Origin: Eutreptiella sp. 'Long Island Sound 2002'
Lineage: Eukaryota > Protista > Euglenida
DNA length: 64,000 nucleotides
Assembly: GCA_964036045.1 (NCBI GenBank)
Contig: OZ038378.1
Location: 171,678,001 to 171,742,000, forward strand
Direction of reading: 5' to 3'
Positions 21,812 through 34,500 of this stretch are shown here, in pieces (positions within the stretch are counted from its first letter, which is position 1; the number at the start of each line of letters is the position of its first letter). Under the pieces are notes generated by a model, which saw only the letters and a list, made by a program, of their open reading frames with translations, had not been told where the DNA came from and did not search any database. Made by a program: the position numbers and the translations under genes.

Positions 21812-22971
21812 TCATTCAGTGGATAGAAATCACTGTGGGACGAGGTTCCTTACAGCGTTAACATAGGACATGTACCTGACATCTTAAATTTTTTGGAATT
21901 CATTCAGCAATTGTAGCATTCACATATTTGTTGATTACTGTTCAGTGGGATGTGTGCAACTTGATTTACTTCGGGTGATCGGGTGAAGCAATGAAGGTAA
22001 TTCTTCCGAAATTTCGGTGGAGGAATTGCTATCTGAAATTTTGGTATTTGGTTTGTCTTTAGAAATTTTGTGACGGAAATTGTTTGTTTGTTTTGGTAAA
22101 CGTAATGTTTTCCGAAATTTCGGCAGACGGTTTACGATGTGTCTGTCTTCCGAAATTTCAGAAGACAATTGGGATTCCGAAATTTCGGAAGACCGTGTGT
22201 GTTCTGTGTTCACTTCAACGAATGAGGTGCCTTTCGAAATTTCGACAAGACTGAGATCTTCCGAAATTTCGGTAGACATTTCCTTTTCTAAAAAAACTGC
22301 ACAAATTTTTCTCTACCGATATGCGGATGATGAACGTGCAAATGCGTATACAATGTAGTACAATGCAGTACAAGCAATACAGTTCTTCTACATTGAGAGA
22401 TTTGATTTTGTTGTCGCTCTCCTTTCACACAGTAACAGGTTAAGTTAACTTTGTTACTTGGGGGTTTTGGGGTGTAATGTGCTAACTCATGCGCTTCTGT
22501 ACTGTGCCCACCTCCCTTAATTTCTACCCCTGCCTTCGTTATGCTCCTGCATTAGCTACATACCTGCAATCCATTTTTCCGAGTCATTCATACATTTGCA
22601 TAACCTTCATCCTCATATCATATGTTGCCCTATTTTCTCTATGGTCAAATACCCATTTCTACGCCACTTTTGAAAATTTCCGCTTTTTGCATTTTTGGGT
22701 TTAAAATCGGGGTTGGAGTTCAGCCGTCTAAGGCCATGTCAAGCACGTTGCTTGTAGCAGAAACAATGACCACAGCCATGACCCACCTCCTATTACCGAC
22801 TACAACCAGCTCACAAACGGGCGTTCTAGAATTCTTGGCCGCAAAAAGTGCAGGCCAAAAAGACAACCGTCACACAAATGGCGATGCAAAAACAAGGCTG
22901 TGCCAGCACAACGGAACGGCGTTAGGCTCCGTCGAGGTCACTGGGAGACGACCATGGATGGAAGAGACCTT

Positions 22972-23520
22972 GTACCCCCCCCCCCCCCCCCCTTGTCGTT
23001 CCCCACCCCAGGGAAGACGGTCCCCCACCACCCCCTGGGGGACGGTCACCAAGTGACGGTCCCCCAGAGGGGTGACCGTCCCCCACCCCCCCCTGGGGAA
23101 CCCCACCACCACCGTACACGCGGGGCGGAGAGGGAGCACGTGGCAGTGAGAGGCGCCGAACAGACGCACGGTCGTGCAAGACGGTCTTGCCATCATGGTC
23201 ATAAGTGATGCGGCGATATGCATCACCGTGCTCCGAATGTCCAACGACGTGCGCCAAAAAAGGTTCCCCCGTGGAGCGGATGAACATCACACTTGTCCCA
23301 AGGGAAACATGGTTGTGCTATCAAGTTCCATTTCAGCGAAAGTGAGCAAAATGTCCTGCCATGAGTGCAAGGGAAACAAGTGGCAGTGCCCCACAACACA
23401 GTCACCCACACAGCAACACAATGAGCCGCAACGAAAAATTTTGGGTTGACCAAGTGACGGTCCCCTACCCCCCCCCGGGAACGACAAGGGGTGGGGAAAG
23501 ACAAAGAGGGGGGGGTTATG
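22972..23520. mobile_element. Small MITE-like element
   Basis: Inverted ttgtcgttccc (about 22993) / gggaacgacaa (about 23478) next to terminal C/G runs; internal repeats of gtgacggtcccc. Homology between the duplicated segments ends just before it (22960). Confidence 0.4.
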
Positions 23521-23716
23521 AAATCATGATGATCATAATCACCACTGTGTGATGGTCATCATACGCCTCAGGGGATCAATTTCTGATACTGAGAGGGGTG
23601 GGGCTTCTGGCCTTCCTGGGATTTTGCCCGACCCGCCACCCACCAGATCAGAGAAATTCTATTGCCTTCGGCAAGTCCACTCGCAGAGAATCTACTCCAA
23701 GAACCGCACACACAAA

Positions 23717-25238
23717 ATAGGGGAAAAACGACATAAATACAGCCTAAAACATGCTTTACATACCTTGGATGGTCATTTTAAGTGATCACGGTATCGGAAC
23801 AATAAGTTTCGACGACTTGGATTTTTGAGCTACCCAGGGTGAAAAACTGCATCATGAGGGTGTGTACCCATCCCTTGGGAACCCCCCCCCCCCCCCTGAC
23901 CTAATACCCAAATAGGGTGAAAAACATATAAATACGGCCTAAAACATGCTTTACATACCTTGGATGGTCATATTGTGTGGTCACAATACCATAAAAACAA
24001 AATGCGAAAACTTCGATTTTTGAGCTCTACAGGGTGAAAAACTACATCAGCAGGTTGTGTACCCATCCCTTGGGAACCCCCCCCCCCCTGGACCCAATAC
24101 CCAAATAGGGTGAAAAACACCTAAATACGGCCTAAAACATGCTTTACATACCTTGGATGGTCATATTGTGTGGTCACAATACCATAAAAACAAAATGCGA
24201 AAACTTCGATTTTTGAGCTCTACAGGGTGAAAAACTACATCAGCAGGTTGTGTACCCATCCCTTGGGAACCCCCCCCCCCCTGGACCCAATACCCAAATA
24301 GGGTGAAAAACACCTAAATACGGCCTAAAACATGCTTTACATACCTTGGATGGTCATTTGAGGTGATCACAATATCATAAAAGCAACTTTCGAAAACTTC
24401 GATTTTTGAGCTGCCCAGGGTGAAAAACTACATTAGCAGGTTGTGTACCAATCCCTTGGGAACCCCCCCCCCCCCCCCGTGCGCCCAATACCCAAATAGG
24501 GTGAAAAACACCTAAATACGGCCTAAAACATGCTTTACATACCTTGGATGGTCATATTGTGTGGTCACAATATCAAAAAAGTAAGTTCGAAAACTTCGAT
24601 TTTTGAGCTGCCCGGGGTGAAAAACTGCAGTAGCAGGTTGTGGGCCGGCCCATTCACTAGGCCATTATTGGTGGAAACAGTCATTTCGCGTCTTTGGCAC
24701 GGGTTGTGACCGGCTCTCAGCAAGGCTACAGACTGCAAAAAACGTCCTTTCGTATCCTAGTAGGCATATACTGTCACAACATCCCCACTCACACCCCTCA
24801 GAGTGGGTACCACAGGGTCACCGAGGTCGCCAAAACCGCCAACATAGCAAAAATGGCTGAAAGGCGCATAAAGTGCACCAGAGCTCGTCCCACTCCGCCC
24901 CATACAAACCCCATGGAGTCGGGACCCGGGAACACTTTTTCAGCTCAAAATCGAAAAAAACCAAAAGATTCATGATTTTCGACCCAAAAAAAGGGGGGGT
25001 CATTTTTTCGACATTTTTGATCCCCCCCACCCCCCCCTCCCTCAAAAACTCCAAAAAAGTGGGTTTCAAGTGGGGGGGATCTGGGGAGGTCCGGACCACA
25101 AACTCATTGGGGGATGTGTTTATTGGACAAAATAATGATTTTACAAGGGGTTAAACTAACAATTCAACCCCTTGGGGTAGGGTATGCAAATAGGCCCAAA
25201 ATGGCCCAAAATGGGGGGTATGTGGCGTTTTCCCCTAT
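23717..25238. mobile_element. Non-autonomous TIR element carrying about 4.7 tandem copies of a unit of about 195 bp
   Basis: Imperfect TIRs ataggggaaaaacgacata (23717) / tatgtggcgttttcccctat (25219-25238). Units start at aaatac(a/g)gcctaaaacatg at 23735, 23930, 24123, 24316 and 24514. Confidence 0.7.
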
Positions 25239-26009
25239 ATACGCCTGCCTGGCTTTGATCTAACAACCTCTGCGAGGTGATTTCCTCCGGGGAAAACTGA
25301 AATCTATCAAAGGAGAAATGGACGCCGATTTCAGATACACAAACTTTTTTTTGGCCTCAGACCCACCCCCCAGCCACCCCACCCCTGGGCATAGTATCGA
25401 CTGGCCACTAGGCAATCCCCTGATACGCCCAATAATCTCTTCTGTGGGGGTCACAAATGCTGAAATTGAAAAATGCTGAATGCCATGCGCATCCTACTGC
25501 ACGCCAATAGCAACCAGTCGCATGTGGATCAGCTTGAGAAGCAGTGCAGGCAAACGCAAGGTGAGGGAGAGAGGGGAGAATGTGGAAGAAAATCAAGTGG
25601 AGCTAAAACAACGACGTCACCGTAAACATGGACGAGGCATTTCGCAGTCTCACGCGACTGGGCATTTCACTACGTAAAAGAAGCATCAGTAGGCGGACCA
25701 GAAATTGCAATATATACTGTGCCGAATTTACCGGGTTTTGAGATAAAAAATTACCTGATGAGAAGCCGCGTTTTTGAAAAGTGGACCTTGAAGAAGGCTC
25801 CTGGTCTGCACTTCACACCATGCTTTGATCACACCATGGGAGAGCACATGCACTGCAAGGGGGCAGTGGGGGTGCTTGGAGACCACTTGCCGTCCACCTG
25901 TAGTCTGTTTCTCTTCCTTGTCCTTTTCAATTGTCCAGTACCTTTGAACAATTGTGATGAACAGCGAAAGACCGGAAACACCAGACAAATAACATAAGAG
26001 ATTACTACC

Positions 26010-27897
26010 GCTGACAGACGATCCAGTGGACAGATATGATACACAGCACGTCCATGAGCATCAGATAATTCATTCCGCTGGAAGGATACGACACAGCAAT
26101 GACTAATCTGATGAGTCTTTTTCGAATGTATGAGAATGAGGAGATGCAGTAGATTGCAAAAGGGCTCCAAATGCAATCGGCATGTTACCTCATCTATCCT
26201 GTATCCTACTGGCAGAACACGTTGATGACGGTCAAGCTAGGCACCACTCCAGTGTGGGCAGAGGTGTCAATGGTGTGTCCCTGTCACTTGGCGTCAGTTG
26301 GCAATAAACGCTCTGATGCTCGACTGCTTTCAGCTGATCTGCCCTTGTACACTTAGAGACAGGAAACACCAGACAAGTAACATAAGAGATTACAACCGCC
26401 CCCCCCCTGTCCAGGAGACACTTAGGTCCCGAATCAATATGGTTCAGATGCATACCGCACCTTGGCCATGCTGAGCCCTTGCACAGAAAGAGGGGGCGGG
26501 GGAGAAATTTGTGCGTGTAGCGGGTGGACAGAACGGCCATAATAATGCGAATCACCCTCAAAAGTGCACATGGCAATTTAGCAAAACGTGTAGATCAAAC
26601 CCAAGCCCAGGGATCCTCAGTGCATCACTGCATGCGGTACCGAATCAAAATCAGGACCCCAATTTAACATCGTCGGACACCTGCTGTACCTTGGATAAGA
26701 GTGTCTCTTGGACAAAGGGGGTAGTAGTCCTAGCAGCCGACCCAAACACCTCCCGCCCCAGTCCAGCTCCAGTCCAGTCTTTTCCAGATCCGCCCCTTCC
26801 AAAAAGAGCTCCGAGGCCAATCTCAGAGGAGGGTCTTGGGACGGGGCGGGCTGGAGTGACCCCATGATACAACAGAACAGAGGATGACCACACAGCACGG
26901 CAAAAAAAGCCTTGTTCTGACCCCATGAAGGCTTGTGGGCACCTTCGGCACCACTTGTGCGGACCATTCGTGATGGACCTTTACCATAGAAAACCGTGTC
27001 ACCTCATCCTGGCTCTAGAAGGCAGAGATATGTGGTTTGCTCATGTGCTTAGCAGCTGGTTGACTGCCTTTCATTCGAACCTCCATGTGAGGCAGGAAAC
27101 GGCCGGTTGTGCCGACATCTATTCACCCACTGGCATCAAAGATGTATCGGATCATATGCGATAGTAATGGATCCCAGCCAAATGATGGTGGAGGTGCCTT
27201 TGGTACCAACATTGCCACTTGAACTCATAAATAACGACAAATCAAATCAGCAAACCAAAAACAAATCAGCAATATCAGACAGCACCAGCTGGCTCTGTGT
27301 CATTTTATCAGCTGTGACCCTGCAAAAAAAAAAAAATCATGGCTCGCTCCATTCTGGCGATCGCCCGCACTCTACCTCTATGTTCTCCTCTGCCTGTTCA
27401 TCTCCCTCTAAAGCGTCAGGCTTTCCAGGAATCTTCGACCTCATGCTCGTGGGTGTTAGCAATCAAAGCAAGCAGCGTGCCTCAGAAGGGCGAAAGCATG
27501 GACGCACACAAAAAACACAATCCTGCAGCAAACCTGCAAAATGGCGGTACTCACACGGGGACAGGGGTTTTTCGTAGTAAACGCATATCCCCATTTGGGA
27601 CCAGACGGCCATGCTGCGTAAAGCAACATTAGCCCATAGCTGAAAGTCACACCGGAATAGAAATGGGCTGCCGTGTCAAGCACGTTGCTTGTAGCAGAAA
27701 CAATGACCACAGCCATGACCCACCTCCTATTCCCGACTACAACCAGCTCACAAGCGGGCGTTCTAGAATTCTTGGCCGCAAAAAGTGCAGGCCAAAAAGA
27801 CAACCGTCACACAAATGGCGATGCAAAAACAAGGCTGTGCCAGCACAACGGAACGGCGTTAGGCTCCGTCGAGGTCACTGGGAGACGACCATGGATG
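26010..27897 (+). repeat. Duplicated segment, copy 2; carries the empty insertion site of element 2 and about 380 bp missing from copy 1
   Basis: 26010-27251 = 10389-11630; 27670-27897 = 22733-22960 (offset 4937); 27252 to about 27635 is absent from copy 1. Confidence 0.93.
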
Positions 27898-30329
27898 AAA
27901 AAGGGCGGTGATGCAAAAATTTAAGCACAATGGGAGGGGTTAAATGTCAACGAATGACCCACAGCACTGGACGTTCGAGCTGTGCCGCATAATATTATGG
28001 CCAGTGTGAATTTTAATTAGAAGTATCAAAGTTGCATCATGTCTCCACTCCGGGGGCTGTCCGCCCGCCAGGGCAAGGTCCTCACAAAGGCTCTGTCCGC
28101 AGCACCGCCGATGTTGATAGATACAACCTGGGGGATGCGGCTCAAAGACTGAGCCTTCACATAATCCGCATATAGCGGAGCCGGCACCGCATCTTCCCCA
28201 ACCCAAGGCTGCTGGACAGGGCGCGCATAGTTTGCAATCCGGCTCATTGCACGTTCCTGTTCAGCTGTTAGGGCGTTGAATTGATCCCAACACTTCCGAG
28301 CCTTGAAGAAAAAGCAGACATGGAGGAGGAGTGCCCAACCGGAGTGGTGTGAATGCCAGCTACACCGAACTTCAAATAGGCCAAATAGATAAATATGTGG
28401 AAAAGAGAAACAAATTAGACAGTTGCACAGGTTGCATGTGTTACAAAAACCACAGGCAGGTGGAACAAAACATGCACTGCTCAAGCGGAACAGATTTATT
28501 CATTGGCCACTTTCTCCACCAATGCCCCCTGTGGTGTGTGTATTTCTGTTGACCTACATGCTGCACATTTTTCTGCAAGTCCACATCCATGCAGCCCAAG
28601 AACTTGTGTTGCGCTGCCTTGCTAGGGTACTGCTTTCGAATGAAAAGTTGGCTTGAAAAGTGGCCAACTCAGTTTTGCTCAAGATTTTGTGCTCTGGGTG
28701 TTTGCACCAGGGTTGTTGCGAGCGGACGTTGCGGCCCTTCTTTGTCTTCTCCGGATACCTTGACCCATTCCTCACTCTCAGAACATGTGAGTAAAATTTT
28801 TTGTGTTGGTGGGTACTGGAATGTTGGAAATGTAAGTTTAAATGTGAGAATTTTTTTTTTGGTATAGTACCGAGCTAGTGCTGAAAACTTACTCAACATA
28901 TCTCCCAGGGACACGACAAACCTTCCAACTCAGTGTGTTTTGCAGAGTTCATGTCATTGTTGCCTCATTTGTGCCCACTGAGTGTCCTGCCCACTGAGTG
29001 TCCTGTTGGTGTGGGTATGTTGGGGATATTCAGAAAGCCCTTGAAAAGGGCTACTTGGAATACCCAAGTTTGCATGCTAAACACCTACCTGCTGCCCTAG
29101 TTTGTAAACAATCACTTGCCATCTCCACATACAAATTTTTGCCACGTGCTGTTGCCTGTCCCCGATGCACCTCAGAAGCCTTTAGTTCGAAAGCAGCACG
29201 CTGGTGGGATGAGGTGATCATGGGTGTGCACCTTGAAACAACACATTTTCAATCATCATAAACACCATGTGACAAACATGTTTCTTCTGGAGCCAATTGC
29301 CCAAAATCTGTTCCCAACCAGTCCACGAAACAATCCGTCAATACAATCCGTACAATCATTGTGGTCGTTCACCACAATATGTGGCACCACAATATGTGGA
29401 GTTGTGCTTCTACAATGCACAGACCTCAACCTCATCCCCACCATCATCATGTGTGGTAGCATCATCGGTTGCATCAAACATCAGGGGTAATGTGTTCCCA
29501 TGATCCATAATGGTGGGGTAACTGACCTACCTCTGTGGACCCTGGACCCTGATACAACAGCAAGGGCCATGCAGCCATATGTGTGGACCACAATATGAGA
29601 GGGGATATGCAACCATTTTGATCTAACCCCGCTTTGAGGAGACAAAGTAGAGAGGACCAAAATGGCTACATGGAGAGAATACAGTGGCAACATAATCCTT
29701 GCCATATTGGGGACTCCAAAGTGGAGAGGAATCAAGTGGCGACACAACTCCCATGCCATGTTGGGGTCCCTAGGTGGGGAAGTCTTGGATGACGCCTAGG
29801 AAAGCCTTGGTTGGGGGCATATGGGCCAAAAAAGATGCTGAACGCATAGCTGGCACAACAATGCCAACCCCCACCCCACCCCAAGTTCCTTTGTGCCCCC
29901 ATCCACTGTCACACAAAGCACTGGCCAACTAAGCCCACATACATCATAAACATACATTACAAAGTCAAGTACTGGTATGAACCACAGGCACAAGGCGGAC
30001 CCTGTGTACTAACAAGCCGAACTATCAACAACAGGCTTGGGGGACATGCACAGGGGCTTGGGGGGACCGCACATGGGCTGTGAAAAATGTAACTTGTGTA
30101 CAAAAAAATCGTCAAGTCATGTTTTTTTTTTGCGGTAAATGCATGTATTTTTTTTTTTGCGGTAAGTCGTGAAAATTACACAAAAAAAAAGGAAAAACCA
30201 ATAGAAATGCAACTTTCGCGATACTTGAGCAATATGTACAGCTGCCGGTTCCATACGGCACCCCATAGTGACCTTAACAATGGGACCGAGTCCACAAAGC
30301 ACCTTGTACTCTTTGTGGCCCCTGCCGCC

Positions 30330-31260
30330 TGGGGGTCCCCAACGCTTCAGAGCGGGGGGACGGAATCAATAGTGGCCCACAAATGGGCTGGGTGGCTACA
30401 TAACCCCTGCCACTTTGGGGGTCCCCAACGCTTCACAGCAGGGGACAGAATTAGAAGTGGCCCACAAATGGGCCGGGTGGCTACATAACCCCTGCCGCCT
30501 AGGGGGTCCCCAACGCTTTAGAGCGGGGGACAGAATCAGAAGTGGCCCACAAAAGGGCGGCCCCTGCATTCTCGGGGATCCCCAACAAAGGGCAAAGAAA
30601 ATCAGAAGTGGCTGCCTCACCCCTGCCTTCTCCGGGGCCCAAAAGAGGGCGGAATTGCTACATGTCCCCTGCATTCTCGGGGGTCCCCAACACCAAGCGC
30701 GGGGACAAAATCAGAAGTGGCTACCACACCCCTGCCTTCTCGGGGGCCCAAAAGAGGGCGGAATTGCTACATAACCCCTGCATTCTCGGGGATCCCCAAC
30801 AAAAGGGAAGATAAACACAAGTGGCTGCCTCACCCCTGCCTTCTCCGGGGCCCAAAAGAGGGCGGAATTGCTACATGTCCCCTGCATTCTCGGGGGTCCC
30901 CAACACCAAGCGCGGGGACAAAATCAGAAGTGGCTACCTCACCCTTGCCTTCTCGGGGGCCCAAAAGAGGGCGGAATTGCTACATAACCCCTGCATTCTC
31001 GGGGATCCCCAACAAAAGGGAAGATAATCGGAAGTGGCTGCCTCACCCCTGCCTTCTCGGGGCCAAAAAAGGGTGGAAGAGTGGTGCTACATAACCCCTG
31101 CATTCTCAGGGGTCCCCAACGCCAAGCGCGGGGACAAAATCAGAAGTGGCTACCTCACCCTTGCCTTCTCGGGGGCCCAAAAGAGGGCGGAATTGCTACA
31201 TAACCCCTGCATTCTCGGGGGTCTCCAACACCAAGTGCTGGGAGAAAATCAGAAATGGCC
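30330..31260 (+). repeat. Composite tandem repeat (units of about 80 bp, then about 105-bp subunits in a period of about 212 bp)
   Basis: Recurring ctacataacccctgc, ggggtccccaac and aatcagaagtggc; ccaaaagagggcggaattgctacat recurs at about 30638, 30747, 30850, 30960 and 31173. Confidence 0.85.
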
Positions 31261-31520
31261 CACAGGTGGGCACATCGCCTACATGCGGGTGCTTTCAGCA
31301 AAATTGGTAGCTTTTTTCTTTGCGGTAAGGTCTTGTAATTATTTTTTTTTGCGGTAAACGCGTGTGCAAAAAAATTGTCAAATTGTGTAATTCTTTTTTT
31401 TGTGGTGATGCGCGTAACGGGCTTACACGACTTACCGCAAAAAAAAACTACACGACGTGGCAATTTTTTTGTTACACGCATTTACCGCAAAAAAAATTCA
31501 ACCAATTACAACATACACCA

Positions 31521-34500
31521 TGGGCTTGGGGACGCGCACAGGGGCTTGGGGACGCGCACAGGGGCTGGGGGACGCGCACATGGGCTAGGGGATGCGCACA
31601 TGGGCTGGGGTACACACACAGGGCTGGTGGACGCGCACAGGGGCTGGAGGACGCGCACATGGGCTAGGGGATGCGCACATGGGCTGGGGTACACACACAG
31701 GGCTGGTGGACACGCACAGGGGCTGGGGGACACGCAACAGGGGCCGGGGGACGTGCACATGCACAGGGGCTGGGGTACGCGCACACTGGGGGGCACACAC
31801 AGGGGCTGGGGGACACGCAACAGGGGCCGGGGGACGTGCACATGCACAGGGGCTGGGGTACGCGCACAGGGACTGGGGGGCACACACAGGGGCTGGGGGA
31901 CACGCAACAGGGGCCGGGGGACGTGCACATGCACAGGGGCTGGGGTACGCGCACAGGGACTGGGGGGCACACACAGGGGCTGGGGGACACGCACAGGGGC
32001 CGGGGGACGTGCACATGCACAGGGGCTGGGGTACGCGCACAGGGACTGGGGGGCACACACAGGGGCTGGGGGACACGCAACAGGGGCCGGGGGACGTGCA
32101 CATGCACAGGGGCTGGGGTACGCGCACAGGGACTGGGGGGCACACACAGGGGCTGGGGGACACGCAACAGGGGCCGGGGGACGTGCACATGCACAGGGGC
32201 TGGGGTACGCGCACAGGGACTGGGGGGCACACACAGGGGCTGGGGGACACGCAACAGGGGCCGGGGGACGTGCACATGCACAGGGGCTGGGGTACGCGCA
32301 CAGGGACTGGGGGGCACACACAGGGGCTGGGGGACACGCACAGGGGCCGGGGGGACCCGCACAGGGGCTGGGGGATGCACACATGGACTGGGGGGCGCGC
32401 ACAGCGGCTGGGGGACGCGCACAGGGGCTGGGGGGCGCGCACAGCGGCTGGGGGACGAGCACAGGGGCCGGGGGGACCCGCACAGGGGCTGGGGGATGCA
32501 CACATGGACTGGGGGGCGCGCACAGCGGCTGGGGGACGCGCACAGGGGCTGGGGGGCGCGCACAGCGGCTGGGGGACGAGCACAGGGGCCGGGGGACGTG
32601 CACATGCACAGGGGCTGGGGGGCGCGCACAGGGACTGGGGGGCACACACAGGGGCTGGGGGACACGCAACAGGGGCCGGGGGGACCCGCACAGGGGCTGG
32701 GGTACGCGCACAGGGACTGGGGGGCACACACAGGGGCTGGGGGACACGCAACAGGGGCCGGGGGACGTGCACATGCACAGGGGCTGGGGTACGCGCACAG
32801 GGACTGGGGGGCACACACAGGGGCTGGGGGACACGCACAGGGGCCGGGGGGACCCGCACAGGGGCTGGGGGATGCACACATGGACTGGGGGGCGCGCACA
32901 GCGGCTGGGGGACGCGCACAGGGGCTGGGGGGCGCGCACAGCGGCTGGGGGACGAGCACAGGGGCCGGGGGGACCCGCACAGGGGCTGGGGGATGCACAC
33001 ATGGACTGGGGGGCGCGCACAGCGGCTGGGGGACGCGCACAGGGGCTGGGGGGCGCGCACAGGGGCTGGGGGACGAGCACAGGGGCCGGGGGACGTGCAC
33101 ATGCACAGGGGCTGGGGTACGCGCACAGGGACTGGGGGGCACACACAGGGGCTGGGGGACACGCAACAGGGGCCGGGGGGACCCGCACAGGGGCTGGGGT
33201 ACGCGCACAGGGACTGGGGGGCACACACAGGGGCTGGGGGACACGCAACAGGGGCCGGGGGACGTGCACATGCACAGGGGCTGGGGTACGCGCACAGGGA
33301 CTGGGGGGCACACACAGGGGCTGGGGGACACGCACAGGGGCCGGGGGGACCCGCACAGGGGCTGGGGGATGCACACATGGACTGGGGGGCGCGCACAGCG
33401 GCTGGGGGGCGTGCACAGGGGCTGGGGGGCGCGCACAGGGGCTGGGGGACGAGCACAGGGGCTGGGGGGCGTGCACAGGGGCTGGGGGACACGCAACAGG
33501 GGCCGGGGGACACGCAACAGGGGCCGGGGGACGTGCACATGCACAGGGGCTGGGGTACGCGCACAGGGACTGGGGGACGCGCACAGGGGCTGGGGGACAC
33601 GCAACAGGGGCCGGGGGACGTGCACATGCACAGGGGCTGGGGTACGCGCACAGGGACTGGGGGGCACACACAGGGGCTGGGGGACACGCAACAGGGGCCG
33701 GGGGACGTGCACATGCACATGGACTGGGGGGCGCGCACAGCGGCTGGGGGACGCGCACAGGGGCTGGGGGGCGCGCACAGCGGCTGGGGGACGAGCACAG
33801 GGGCTGGGGGGCGTGCACAGGGGCTGGGGGGCGCACACATGGGCTGGGGGACGCGCACAGGGGCTGGGGGGCGCGCACAGGGGCTGGGGAACGCGCACAG
33901 GGGCTGGGGGGCGCGCACAGGGGCTGGGGGACGCGCACAGGGGCTGGGGGGCGCGCACAGCGGCTGGGGGACGAGCACAGGGGCCGGGGGGACCCGCACA
34001 GGGGCTGGGGGATGCACACATGGACTGGGGGGCGCGCACAGCGGCTGGGGGACGCGCACAGGGGCTGGGGGGCGCGCACAGCGGCTGGGGGACGAGCACA
34101 GGGGCCGGGGGACGTGCACATGCACAGGGGCTGGGGGGCGCGCACAGGGACTGGGGGGCACACACAGGGGCTGGGGGACACGCAACAGGGGCCGGGGGGA
34201 CCCGCACAGGGGCTGGGGTACGCGCACAGGGACTGGGGGGCACACACAGGGGCTGGGGGACACGCAACAGGGGCCGGGGGACGTGCACATGCACAGGGGC
34301 TGGGGTACGCGCACAGGGACTGGGGGGCACACACAGGGGCTGGGGGACACGCACAGGGGCCGGGGGGACCCGCACAGGGGCTGGGGGATGCACACATGGA
34401 CTGGGGGGCGCGCACAGCGGCTGGGGGACGCGCACAGGGGCTGGGGGGCGCGCACAGCGGCTGGGGGACGAGCACAGGGGCCGGGGGGACCCGCACAGGG

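Larger units (their letters stand above)
12022..22272. repeat. About 10 copies of the palindrome CCGAAATTTCGG, often extended to (C)TTCCGAAATTTCGGAA(G), in element 2
   Basis: Cores at 12022, 12049, 12162, 13411, 22006, 22112, 22150 (variant), 22177, 22234 (TCGAAATTTCGA variant), 22261. None seen inside the inserted retrotransposon. Confidence 0.93.
11682..22732 (-). mobile_element. Element 2: internally deleted relative of element 1, TIRs of about 22 bp, 5-bp TSD GCCAT, interrupted by a YR retrotransposon
   Basis: Left end CTTAGACGGCTGAACCCCTACC (from 11682). Right end reverse complement CTTAGACGGCTGAACTCCAACC (ends 22732). GCCAT at 11677-11681 and 22733-22737. The paralogous empty site reads gggctGCCGTgtcaag at about 27665-27680. 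Confidence 0.92.
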
